A DNA stretch of 64,000 nt from Eledone cirrhosa (Eukaryota). Positions 13,850-28,959 of this stretch are shown one piece after another. The notes under the pieces were generated by a model. That model was not told the origin of the DNA and did no database searches. It saw nothing but the letters and a program-made list of their open reading frames with translations. Numbering within the stretch: position 1 is the stretch's first letter; each line of letters starts with the position of its first letter. The stretch covers positions 28,396,001 through 28,460,000 of the forward strand of contig OZ024741.1 of NCBI GenBank assembly GCA_964016885.1, written 5' to 3'. The position numbers were made by a program, and so were the translations under genes.

Positions 13850-16800
13850 GTCAGTGGTACTACAGTGTAGGTTATTGGTAGATAACTGGTATATATAGGG
13901 ATATAACTACATAGAGATACTGTCAGTGGTACTACAGTGTAGGTTATTGGTAGATAACTGGTATATATAGGGATATAACTACACATAGATACTGTCAGTG
14001 GTACTACAGTGTAGGTTATTGGTAGATAACTGGTAAATATAGGGATATAAATACACATAGATACTGTCAGTGGTACTACGGTGTAGGTTATTGGTATATA
14101 ACTGGAATATATAGGGATATAACTACACATAGATACTGTCAGTGGTACTACAGTGTAGGATATTGTTATATGACTGGTATATATAGGATTATAACTACAT
14201 ATAGACACTGTCAGTGGTAATATAGTGTAGGTTATTGGTATATAACTGGTATATATAGGGATATAACTACACATAGATACTGTCAGTGGTACTACAGTGT
14301 AGGTTATTGCAAGATAACTGGTATATATAGGGATATAACTACATATAGATACTGACAGTGGTACTACAGTGTAGGTTATTGGTAGATAACTTGTATATAT
14401 CTGGATATAACTACATATAGATACTGTCAGTGGTACTACAGTGTAGGTTATTGGTAGATAACTGGTATATATAGGGATATAACTACACATAGATACTGTC
14501 AGTGGTACTACAGTGTAGGTTATTGGTATATAACTGGTATATATAGGGATATAACTACATATAGATACTTTCAGTGGTACTACAGTGTAGGTTATTGGTA
14601 TATAACTGGTATATATAGGGATATAACTATACATAGATACTGTCAGTGTTACTACAGTGTAGGTTATTGGTAGAGAACTGGTATATATAGGGATATAACT
14701 ACATATAGATACTGACAGTGGTACTACAGTGTAGGTTATTGGTATATAACTGGTATATAGAGGGATATAACTACATATAGATACTGTCAGTGGTACTACA
14801 GTGTAGGTTATTGGTAGATAACTGGTATATATAGGGATATAACTACACATAGATACTGTCAGTGTTACTACAGTGTAGGTTATTGGTATAGAACTGGTAT
14901 ATATAGGGATATAACTACATATACAGATACTGTCAGTCTTACTACAGTGTAGTTTATTGGTATATAACCGGAATATATAGAGATATAACTACATATACAG
15001 ATACTGTCAGTCTTACTACAGTGTAGGTTATTGGTAGATAACTGGTATATATAGGGATATAACTACATATAGATACTGTCAGTGGTACTACAGTGTAGGT
15101 TATTGGTTGATAGCTGGTATATATAGGGATATAACTTCACATAGATACTGTCAGTGGTACTACAGTGTAGGTTATTGGTAGATAACTCGTATATATAGGG
15201 ATATAACTACACATAGATACTATCAGTCTTACTAGAGTGTAGGTTATTAGTAGATAACTGGTATATATAAGGATATAACTACACATAGATACTGTCAGTG
15301 GTACTATAGTGTAGGTTATTGGTAGATCACTGGTATATATAGGGATATAACTACACATAGACACTGTCAGTGGTACTACAGTGTAGGTTATTGGTATATA
15401 ACTGGTATATATAGGGATATAACTACATATAGATACTGTCAGTGGTACTACGTTGTAAGTTATTGGTATATAACTGGAATATATAGCGATATAACTACAC
15501 ATAGATACTGTCAGTGGTACTACAGTGTAGGTTATTGGTATATAACTGGTATATATAGGGATATAACTACATATAGATACTGTCAGTGGTACTATAGTGT
15601 AGGTTATTGGTATATCAATGGTATATATAGGGATATAACTACATAGAGATACTGTCAGTGGTACTACAGTGTAGGTTATTGGTAGATAACTGGTATATAT
15701 AGGGATATAACTACACATAGATACTGTCAGTGGTACTACAGTGTAGGTTATTGGTAGATAACTGGTAAATATAGGGATATAACTACACATAGATACTGTC
15801 AGTGGTACTACAGTGTAGGTTATTGGTATATAACTGGAATATATAGGGATATAACTACACATAGATACTGTCAGTGGTACTAAAGTGTAGGTTATTGTTA
15901 TATAACTGGTATATATAGGATTATAACTACATATAGACACTGTCAGTGGTACTATAGTGTAGGTTATTGGTATATAACTGGTATATATAGGGATATAACT
16001 ACACATAGATACTGTCAGTGGTACTACAGTGTAGGTTATTGCTATATAACTGGTATATATAGGGATATAACTACATATAGATACTGACAGTGGTACTACA
16101 GTGTAGGTTATTGGTAGATAACTGGTATATATAGGGATATAACTACATATAGATAATGTCAGTGGTACTACAGTGTAGGTTATTGGTAGATAACTGGTAT
16201 ATATAGGGATATAACTACATATAGATACTGTCAGTGGTACTACAGTGTAGGTTATTGGTATATAACTGGTATATATAGGGATATAACTACATATAGATAC
16301 TGTCAGTGGTACTACAGTGTAGGTTATTGGTATATAACTGGTATATATAGGGATATAACTATACATAGATACTGTCAGTGGTACTACAGTGTAGGTTATT
16401 GGTAGAGAACTGGTATATATAGGGATATAACTACATATAGATATTGACAGTGGTACTACAGTGAAGGTTATTGGTATATGACTGGGATATAGAAGGATAT
16501 AAATCCATATAGATACAGTCAGTGGAACTACAGTGTAGGTTATTGGTAGATAACTGGTATATATAGGGATATAACTACACATAGATACTGTCAGTGTTAC
16601 TACAGTGTAGGTTATTGGTATAGAACTGGTATATATAGGGATATAACTACATATACAGATACTGTCAGTCTTACTACAGTGTAGTTTATTGGTATATAAC
16701 TGGGATATATAGAGATATAACTACATATACAGATACTGTCAGTCTTACTACAGTGTAGGTTATTGGTAGATAACTGGTATATATAGGGATATAACTACAT

Positions 16801-19800
16801 ATAGATACTGTCAGTGGTACTACAGTGTAGGTTATTGGTTGATAGCTGGTATATATAGGGATATAACTACACATAGATACTGTCAGTGGTACTTCAGTGT
16901 AGGTTATTGGTAGATAACTGGTATATATAGGGATATAACTACATATAGATACTGTCAGTGGTACTATAGTGTAGGTTATTGGTATATCAATGGTATATAT
17001 AGGGATATAACTACACATAGATACTGTCAGTGGTACTACAGTGTAGGGTATTGGTATATAACTTGTATATATAGGGAAATAACTATATATAGATACTGTC
17101 AGTGGTACTACAGTGTAAGTTATTGGTAGATAACTGGTATATATAGGGATATAACTGCACATAGATACTAACAGTGGTACTACAGTGTAGGTTATTGGTA
17201 TATAACTGGTATATATAGGGATATAACTACATATAGATACTGTCAGTGGTACTATAGTGTAGGTTATTGGTATATAACTGGTATATATAGGGATATAACT
17301 ACACATAGATACTGTCAGTTGTACTACAGTGTAGGTTATTGGTAGATAACTGGTATATATAGGGATATAACTACATATAGATATTGACATTGGTACTACA
17401 GTGTAGGTTATTGGTAGATAACTGGTATATATATATGGATATAACTATATATAGATACTGTCAGTGGTACTACAGTCTAGGTCATTGGTAGATAACTGGC
17501 ATATATAGGGATATAACTACATATAGATACTGTCAGTGGTACTACAGTGTAGGTTATTGGTAGATAACTGGTATATATAGGGATATAACTACATATAGAT
17601 ACTGACAGTTGTACTACAGTGTATGTTATTGGTAGATAACTGGTATATATAGGGATATAACTACATATAGATACTGTCAGTGGTACTACAGTCTAGGTTA
17701 TTGGTATATAACTGGTATATATAGGGATATAACTACACATAGATACTGTCAGCGGTACTACAGTGTAGGTTATTGGTAGATAACTGGTATATATAGGGAT
17801 ATAACTACATATAGATATTGACATTGGTACTACAGTGTAGGTTATTGGTAGATAACTGGTATATATATATGGATATAACTACATATAGATACTGTCAGTG
17901 GTACTACAGTCTAGGTCATTGGTAGATAACTGGTATATATAGGGATATAACTACATATAGATACTGTCAGTGGTACTACAGTGTAGGTTATTGGTAGATA
18001 ACTGGTATATATAGGAATATAACTACATATAGATACTGACAGTTGTACTACAGTGTATGTTATTGGTAGATAACTGGTATATATAGGGATATAACTACAT
18101 ATAGATACTGTCAGTGGTACTACAGTCTAGGTTATTGGTAGATAACTGGTATATATAGGGATATAACTACATAGAGATACTGTCAGTGGTACTAGAGTGT
18201 AGGTTATTAGTATATAACTGGTATATATAGGGATATAACTACACATAGATACTGACAGTGGTACTACAGTGTAGGTTATTGGTATATAACTGGTATATAT
18301 AGGGATATAACTACACATAGATACTCTCAGTGGTACTACAGTGTAGGTTATTGGTATATAACTGGTATATATAGGGATATAACTACATATAGATACTCTC
18401 AGAGGTACTACAGTGTAGGCTATTGGTATATAACTGGTATATATAGGGATATAACTATATATAGATACTGTCAGTGGTACTACAGTGTAGGTTATTGGTA
18501 GATAACTGGTATATATAGGGATATAACTACACATAGATACTGTCAGTGGTACTATAGTGTAGGTTAATGGTATATAACTGGTATATATAGGGATATAACT
18601 ACACATAGATACTGTCAGTGGTACTACAGTGTAGGTTATTGGTAGATAACTGGTATATATAGGGATATAACTACATAGAGATACTGTCAGTGGTACTACA
18701 GTGTAGGTTATTGGTAGATAACTGGTATATATAGGGATATAACTACACATAGATACTGTCAGTGGTACTACAGTGTAGGTTATTGGTAGATAACTGGTAA
18801 ATATAGGGATATAACTACACATAGATACTGTCAGTGGTACTACGGTGTAGGTTATTGGTATATAACTGGAATATATAGGGATATAACTACACATAGATAC
18901 TGTCAGTGGTACTACAGTGTAGGATATTGTTATATGACTGGTATATATAGGATTATAACTACATATAGACACTGTCAGTGGTAATATAGTGTAGGTTATT
19001 GGTATATAACTGGTATATATAGGGATATAACTACACATAGATACTGTCAGTGGTACTACAGTGTAGGTTATTGCAAGATAACTGGTATATATAGGGATAT
19101 AACTACATATAGATACTGACAGTGGTACTACAGTGTAGGTTATTGGTAGATAACTTGTATATATCTGGATATAACTACATATAGATACTGTCAGTGGTAC
19201 TACAGTGTAGGTTATTGGTAGATAACTGGTATATATAGGGATATAACTACACATAGATACTGTCAGTGTTACTACAGTATAGGTTATTGGTATAGAACTG
19301 GTATATATAGGGATATAACTATACATAGATACTGTCAGTGGTACTACAGTGTAGGTTATTGGTAGAGAACTGGTATATATAGGGATATAACTACATATAG
19401 ATATTGACAGTGGTACTACAGTGAAGGTTATTGGTATATGACTGGGATATAGAAGGATATAAATCCATATAGATACAGTCAGTGGAACTACAGTGTAGGT
19501 TATTGGTAGATAACTGGTATATATAGGGATATAACTACACATAGATACTGTCAGTGTTACTACAGTGTAGGTTATTGGTATAGAACTGGTATATATAGGG
19601 ATATAACTACATATACAGATACTGTCAGTCTTACTACAGTGTAGTTTATTGGTATATAACTGGGATATATAGAGATATAACTACATATACAGATACTGTC
19701 AGTCTTACTACAGTGTAGGTTATTGGTAGATAACTGGTATATATAGGGATATAACTACATATAGATACTGTCAGTGGTACTACAGTGTAGGTTATTGGTT

Positions 19801-22800
19801 GATAGCTGGTATATATAGGGATATAACTACACATAGATACTGTCAGTGGTACTTCAGTGTAGGGTATTGGTATATAACTTGTATATATAGGGAAATAACT
19901 ATATATAGATACTGTCAGTGGTACTACAGTGTAAGTTATTGGTAGATAACTGGTATATATAGGGATATAACTGCACATAGATACTAACAGTGGTACTACA
20001 GTGTAGGTTATTGGTATATAACTGGTATATATAGGGATATAACTACATATAGATACTGTCAGTGGTAGTATAGTGTAGGTTATTGGTATATAACTGGTAT
20101 ATATAGGGATATAACTACACATAGATACTGTCAGTTGTACTACAGTGTAGGTTATTGGTAGATAACTGGTATATATAGGGATATAACTACATATAGATAT
20201 TGACATTGGTACTACAGTGTAGGTTATTGGTAGATAACTGGTATATATATATGGATATAACTACATATAGATACTGTCAGTGGTACTAGAGTCTAGGTCA
20301 TTGGTAGATAACTGGCATATATAGGGATATAACTACATATAGATACTGTCAGTGGTACTACAGTGTAGGTTATTGGTAGATAACTGGTATATATAGGGAT
20401 ATAACTACATATAGATACTGACAGTTGTACTACAGTGTATGTTATTGGTAGATAACTGGTATATATAGGGATATAACTACATATAGATACTGTCAGTGGT
20501 ACTACAGTCTAGGTTATTGGTATATAACTGGTATATATAGGGATATAACTACACATAGATACTGTCAGTGGTACTACAGTGTAGGTTATTGGTAGATAAC
20601 TGGTATATATAGGGATATAACTACATATAGATATTGACATTGGTACTACAGTGTAGGTTATTGGTAGATAACTGGTATATATATATGGATATAACTACAT
20701 ATAGATACTGTCAGTGGTACTACAGTCTAGGTCATTGGTAGATAACTGGTATATATAGGGATATAACTACATATAGATACTGTCAGTGGTACTACAGTGT
20801 AGGTTATTGGTAGATAACTGGTATATATAGGAATATAACTACATATAGATACTGACATTTGTACTACAGTGTATGTTATTGGTAGATAACTGGTATATAT
20901 AGGGATATAACTACATATAGATACTGTCAGTGGTACTACAGTCTAGGTTATTGGTAGATAACTGGTATATATAAGGATATAACTACATAGAGATACTGTC
21001 AGTGGTACTAGAGTGTAGGTTATTAGTATATAACTGGTATATATAGGGATATAACTACACATAGATACTGACAGTGGTACTACAGTGTAGGTTATTGGTA
21101 TATAACTGGTATATATAGGGATATAACTACACATAGATACTCTCAGTGGTACTACAGTGTAGGTTATTGGTATATAACTGGTATATATAGGGATATAACT
21201 ACATATAGATACTCTCAGAGGTACTACAGTGTAGGCTATTGGTATATAACTGGTATATATAGGGATATAACTACATATAGATACTGACAGTGGTACTACA
21301 GTGTAGGTTATTGGTATATAACTTGTATATATCTGGATATAACTACATATAGATACTGTCAGTGGTACTACAGTGTAGGTTATTGGTAGATAACTGGTAT
21401 ATATAGGGATATAACTACACATAGATACTGTCAGTGGTACTACAGTGTAGGTTATTGGTAGAGAACTGGTATATATAGGGATATAACTACATATAGATAC
21501 TGACAGTGGTACTACAGTGTAGGTTATTGGTATATAACTGGTATATAGAGGGATATAACTACATATAGATACTGTCAGTGGTACTACAGTGTAGGTTATT
21601 GGTAGATAACTGGTATATATAGAAATATAACTACACATAGATACTGTCAGTGTTACTACAGTGTAGGTTATTGGTATAGAACTGGTATATATAGGGATAT
21701 AACTACATATACAGATACTGTCAGTCTTACTACAGTGTAGTTTATTGGTATATAACTGGAATATATAGAGATATAACTACATATACAGATACTGTCAGTC
21801 TTACTACAGTGTAGGTTATTGGTAGATAACTGGTATATATAGGGATATAACTACATATAGATACTGTCAGTGGTACTACAGTGTAGGTTTTTGGTTGATA
21901 GCTGGTATATATAGGGATATAACTTCACATAGATACTGTCAGTGGTACTACAGTGTAGGTTATTGGTAGATAACTGGTATATATAGGGATATAACTACAC
22001 ATAGATTCTATCAGTCTTACTAGAGTGTAGGTTATTGGTAGATAACTGGTATATATAAGGATATAACTACACATAGATACTGTCAGTGGTACTATAGTGT
22101 AGGTTATTGGTAGATCACTGGTATATATAGGGATATAACTACACATAGACACTGTCAGTGGTACTACAGTGTAGGTTATTGGTATATAACTGGTATATAT
22201 AGGGATATAACTACATATAGATACTGTCAGTGGTACTACGTTGTAGGTTATTGGTATATAACTGGAATATATAGCGATATAACTACACATAGATACTGTC
22301 AGTGGTACTACAGTGTAGGTTATTGGTATATAACTGGTATATATAGGGATATAACTACATATAGATACTGTCAGTGGTACTATAGTGTAGGTTATTGGTA
22401 TATCAATGGTATATATAGGGATATAACTACGTAGAGATACTGTCAGTGGTACTACAGTGTAGGTTATTGGTAGATAACTGGTATATATAGGGATATAACT
22501 ACACATAGATACTGTCAGTGGTACTACAGTGTAGGTTATTGGTAGATAACTGGTAAATATAGGGATATAACTACACATAGATACTGTCAGTGGTACTACA
22601 GTGTAGGTTATTGGTATATAACTGGAATATATAGGGATATAACTACACATACATACTGTCAGTGGTACTAAAGTGTAGGTTATTGTTATATAACTGGTAT
22701 ATATAGGATTATAACTACATATAGACACTGTCAGTGGTACTATAGTGTAGGTTATTGGTATATAACTGGTATATATAGGGATATAACTACACATAGATAC

Positions 22801-25800
22801 TGTCAGTGGTACTACAGTGTAGGTTATTGCTATATAACTGGTATATATAGGGATATAACTACATATAGATACTGACAGTGGTACTACAGTGTAGGTTATT
22901 GGTAGATAACTGGTATATATAGGGATATAACTACATATAGATAATGTCAGTGGTACTACAGTGTAGTTTATTGGTAGATAACTGGTATATATAGGGATAT
23001 AACTACATATAGATACTGTCAGTGGTACTACAGTGTAGGTTATTGGTATATAACTGGTATATATAGGGATATAACTACATATAGATACTGTCAGTGGTAC
23101 TACAGTGTAGGTTATTGGTATATAACTGGTATATATAGGGATATAACTATATATAGATATTGACATTGGTACTACAGTGTAGGTTATTGGTAGATAACTG
23201 CTATATATATATGGATATAACTACATATAGATACTGTCAGTGGTACTACAGTCTAGGTCATTGGTAGATAACTGGTATATATAGGGATATAACTACATAT
23301 AGATACTGTCAGTGGTACTACAGTGTAGGTTATTGGTAGATAACTGGTATATATAGGGATATAACTACATATAGATACTGTCAGTGGTACTACAGTCTAG
23401 GTTATTGGTATATAACTGGTATATATAGGGATATAACTACACATAGATACTGTCAGTGGTACTACAGTGTAGGTTATTGGTAGATAACTGGTATATATAG
23501 GGATATAACTACATATAGATATTGACATTGGTACTACAGTGTAGGTTATTGGTAGATAACTGGTATATATATATGGATATAACTACATATAGATACTGTC
23601 AGTGGTACTACAGTCTAGGTCATTGGTAGATAACTGGTATATATAGGGATATAACTACATATAGATACTGTCAGTGGTACTACAGTGTAGGTTATTGGTA
23701 GATAACTGGTATATATAGGAATATAACTACATATAGATACTGACAGTTGTACTACAGTGTATGTTATTGGTAGATAACTGGTATATATAGGGATATAACT
23801 ACATATAGATACTGTCAGTGGTACTACAGTCTAGGTTATTGGTAGATAACTGGTATATATAGGGATATAACTACATAGAGATACTGTCAGTGGTACTAGA
23901 GTGTAGGTTATTAGTATATAACTGGTATATATAGGGATATAACTACACATAGATACTGACAGTGGTACTACAGTGTAGGTTATTGGTATATAACTGGTAT
24001 ATATAGGGATATAACTACACATATATACTCTCAGTGGTACTACAGTGTAGGTTATTGGTATATAACTGGTATATATAGGGATATAACTACATATAGATAC
24101 TCTCAGAGGTACTACAGTGTAGGCTATTGGTATATAACTGGTATATATAGGGATATAACTATATATAGATACTGTCAGTGGTACTAGAGTGTAGGCTATT
24201 GGTATATAACTGGTATATATAGGGATATAACTACATATACAGATACTGTCAGTCTTACTACAGTGCAGGTTATTGTATATAACTGGTATATATAGAGATA
24301 TAACTACATATACAGATACTGTCAGTGGTACTACAGTGTAGGTTATTGGTAGATAACTGGTATATATAGGGATATAACTACATAGAGATACTGTCAGTGG
24401 TACTACAGTGTAGGTTATTGGTAGATAACTGGTATATATAGGGATATAACTACACATAGATACTGTCAGTGGTACTACAGTGTAGGTTATTGGTAGATAA
24501 CTGGTAAATATAGGGATATAACTACACATAGATACTGTCAGTGGTACTACGGTGTAGGTTATTGGTATATAACTGGAATATATAGGGATATAACTACACA
24601 TAGATACTGTCAGTGGTACTACAGTGTAGTATATTGTTATATGACTGGTATATATAGGATTATAACTACATATAGACACTGTCAGTGGTAATATAGTGTA
24701 GGTTATTGGTATATAACTGGTATATATAGGGATATAACTACACATAGATACTGTCAGTGGTACTACAGTGTAGGTTATTGCAAGATAACTGGTATATATA
24801 GGGATATAACTACATATAGATACTGACAGTGGTACTACAGTGTAGGTTATTGGTAGATAACTTGTATATATCTGGATATAACTACATATAGATACTGTCA
24901 GTGGTACTACAGTGTAGGTTATTGGTAGATAACTGGTATATATAGGGATATAACTACACATAGATACTGTCAGTGGTACTACAGTGTAGGTTATTGGTAT
25001 ATAACTGGTATATATAGGGATATAACTACATATAGATACTTTCAGTGGTACTACAGTGTAGGTTATTGGTATATAACTGGTATATATAGGGATATAACTA
25101 TACATAGATACTGTCAGTGGTACTACAGTGTAGGTTATTGGTAGAGAACTGGTATATATAGGGATATAACTACATATAGATACTGACAGTGGTACTACAG
25201 TGTAGGTTATTGGTATATAACTGGTATATAGAGGGATATAACTACATATAGATACTGTCAGTGGTACTACAGTGTAGGTTATTGGTAGATAACTGGTATA
25301 TATAGGGATATAACTACACATAGATACTGTCAGTGTTACTACAGTGTAGGTTATTGGTATAGAACTGGTATATATAGGGATATAACTACATATACAGATA
25401 CTGTCAGTCTTACTACAGTGTAGTTTATTGGTATATAACTGGAATATATAGAGATATAACTACATATACAGATACTGTCAGTCTTACTACAGTGTAGGTT
25501 ATTGGTAGATAACTGGTATATATAGGGATATAACTACATATAGATACTGTCAGTGGTACTACAGTGTAGGTTATTGGTTGATAGCTGGTATATATAGGGA
25601 TATAACTTCACATAGATACTGTCAGTGGTACTACAGTGTAGGTTATTGGTAGATAACTGGTATATATAGGGATATAACTACACATAGATACTATCAGTCT
25701 TACTAGAGTGTAGGTTATTGGTAGATAACTGGTATATATAAGGATATAAATACACATAGATACTGTCAGTGGTACTATAGTGTAGGTTATTGGTAGATCA

Positions 25801-28800
25801 CTGGTATATATAGGGATATAACTACACATAGACACTGTCAGTGGTACTACAGTGTAGGTTATTGGTATATAACTGGTATATATAGGGATATAACTACATA
25901 TAGATACTGTCAGTGGTACTAAGTTGTAGGTTATTGGTATATAACTGGAATATATAGCGATATAACTACACATAGATACTGTCAGTGGTACTACAGTGTA
26001 GGTTATTGGTATATAACTGGTATATATAGGGATATAACTACATATAGATACTGTCAGTGGTACTATAGTGTAGGTTATTGGTATATCAATGGTATATATA
26101 GGGATATAACTACATAGAGATACTGTCAGTGGTACTACAGTGTAGGTTATTGGTAGATAACTGGTATATATAGGGATATAACTACACATAGATACTGTCA
26201 GTGGTACTACAGTGTAGGTTATTGGTAGATAACTGGTAAATATAGGGATATAACTACACATAGATACTGTCAGTGGTACTACAGTGTAGGTTATTGGTAT
26301 ATAACTGGAATATATAGGGATATAACTACACATAGATACTGTCAGTGGTACTAAAGTGTAGGTTATTGTTATATAACTGGTATATATAGGATTATAACTA
26401 CATATAGACACTGTCAGTGGTACTATAGTGTAGGTTATTGGTATATAACTGGTATATATAGGGATATAACTACACATAGATACTGTCAGTGGTACTACAG
26501 TGTAGGTTATTGGTATATCAATGGTATATATAGGGATATAACTACACATAGATACTGTCAGTGGTACTACAGTGTAGGTTATTGGTAGATAACTGTTATA
26601 TATAGGGATATAACTACATATAGATAATGTCAGTGGTACTACAGTGTAGGTTATTGGTAGATAACTGGTATATATAGGGATATAACTACATATAGATACT
26701 GTCAGTGGTACTACAGTGTAGGTTATTGGTATATAACTGGTATATATAGGGATATAACTACATATAGATACTGTCAGTGGTACTACAGTGTAGGTTATTG
26801 GTATATAACTGGTATATATAGGGATATAACTATACATAGATACTGTCAGTGGTACTACAGTGTAGGTTATTGGTAGAGAACTGGTATATATAGGGATATA
26901 ACTACATATAGATACTGACAGTGGTACTACAGTGAAGGTTATTGGTATATGACTGGGATATAGAAGGATATAAATCCATATAGATACAGTCAGTGGAACT
27001 ACAGTGTAGGTTATTGGTAGATAACTGGTATATATAGGGATATAACTACACATAGATACTGTCAGTGTTACTACAGTGTAGGTTATTGGTATAGAACTGG
27101 TATATATAGGGATATAACTACATATAGAGATACTGTCAGTCTTGCTACAGTGTAGTTTATTGGTATATAACTGGGATATATAGAGATATAACTACATATA
27201 CAGATACTGTCAGTCTTACTACAGTGTAGGTTATTGGTAGATAACTGGTATATATAGGGATATAACTACATATAGATACTGTCAGTGGTACTACAGTGTA
27301 GGTTATTGGTTGATAGCTGGTATATATAGGGATATAACTACACATAGATACTGTCAGTGGTACTTCAGTGTAGGTTATTGGTAGATAACTGGTATATATA
27401 GGGATATAACTACATATAGATACTGTCAGTGGTACTACAGTGTAGGTTATTGGTTGATAGCTGGTATATATAGGGATATAACTACACATAGATACTGTCA
27501 GTGGTACTACAGTGTAGGGTATTGGTATATAACTTGTATATATAGGGAAATAACTATATATAGATACTGTCAGTGGTACTACAGTGTAAGTTATTGGTAG
27601 ATAACTGGTATATATAGGGATATAACTGCACATAGATACTAACAGTGGTACTACAGTGTAGGTTATTGGTATATAACTTGTACATATAGGGATATAACTA
27701 CATATAGATACTGTCAGTGGTACTATAGTGTAGGTTATTGGTATATAACTGGTATATATAGGGATATAACTACACATAGATACTGTCAGTTGTACTACAG
27801 TGTAGGTTATTGGTAGATAACTGGTATATATAGGGATATAACTACATATAGATATTGACATTGGTACTACAGTGCAGGTTATTGGTAGATAACTGGTATA
27901 TATATATGGATATAACTACATATAGATACTGTCAGTGGTACTACAGTCTAGGTCATTGGTAGATAACTGGTATATATAGGGATATAACTACATATAGATA
28001 CTGTCAGTGGTACTACAGTGTAGGTTATTGGTAGATAACTGGTATATATAGGGATATAACTACATATAGATACTGACAGTTGTACTACAGTGTATGTTAT
28101 TGGTAGATAACTGGTATATATAGGGATATAACTACATATAGATACTGTCAGTGGTACTACAGTCTAGGTTATTGGTATATAACTGGTATATATAGGGATA
28201 TAACTACACATAGATACTGTCAGTGGTACTACAGTGTAGGTTATTGGTAGATAACTGGTATATATAGGGATATAACTACATATAGATATTGACATTGGTA
28301 CTACAGTGTAGGTTATTGGTAGATAACTGGTATATATATATGGATATAACTACATATAGATACTGTCAGTGGTACTACAGTCTAGGTCATTGGTAGATAA
28401 CTGGTATATATAGGGATATAACTACATATAGATACTGTCAGTGGTACTACAGTGTAGGTTATTGGTAGATAACTGGTATATATAGGAATATAACTACATA
28501 TAGATACTGACAGTTGTACTACAGTGTATGTTATTGGTAGATAACTGGTATATATAGGGATATAACTACATATAGATACTGTCAGTGGTACTACAGTCTA
28601 GGTTATTGGTAGATAACTGGTATATATAGGGATATAACTACATAGAGATACTGTCAGTGGTACTAGAGTGTAGGTTATTAGTATATAACTGGTATATATA
28701 GGGATATAACTACACATAGATACTGACAGTGGTACTACAGTGTAGGTTATTGGTATATAACTGTTATATATAGGGATATAACTACACATAGATACTCTCA

Positions 28801-28951
28801 GTGGTACTACAGTGTAGGTTATTGGTATATAACTGGTATATATAGGGATATAACTACATATAGATACTCTCAGAGGTACTACAGTGTAGGCTATTGGTAT
28901 ATAACTGGTATATATAGGGATATAACTATATATAGATACTGTCAGTGGTAC
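13850..28951. repeat. Dispersed ~4.6-kb segmental duplication at 10,471-bp offset (~13850-18480 vs ~24321-28951)
   Basis: Markers sit at a constant offset: GGTAAAT 14032/24503, ACTTTCAG variant base 14570/25041, and ORF ends 15137/25608, 16686/27157 and 18127/28598. Confidence 0.85.
17381..18130. repeat. TCTAG-rich module with internal 434-bp (6-monomer) duplication
   Basis: ATATTGACATTGG occurs at 17381 and 17815. Each is followed by a TA-expanded monomer and by CAGTCTAGGTCATT and GTTGTACT..GTGTATG monomers. Confidence 0.85.
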
Positions 28952-28959
28952 TAGAGTGT

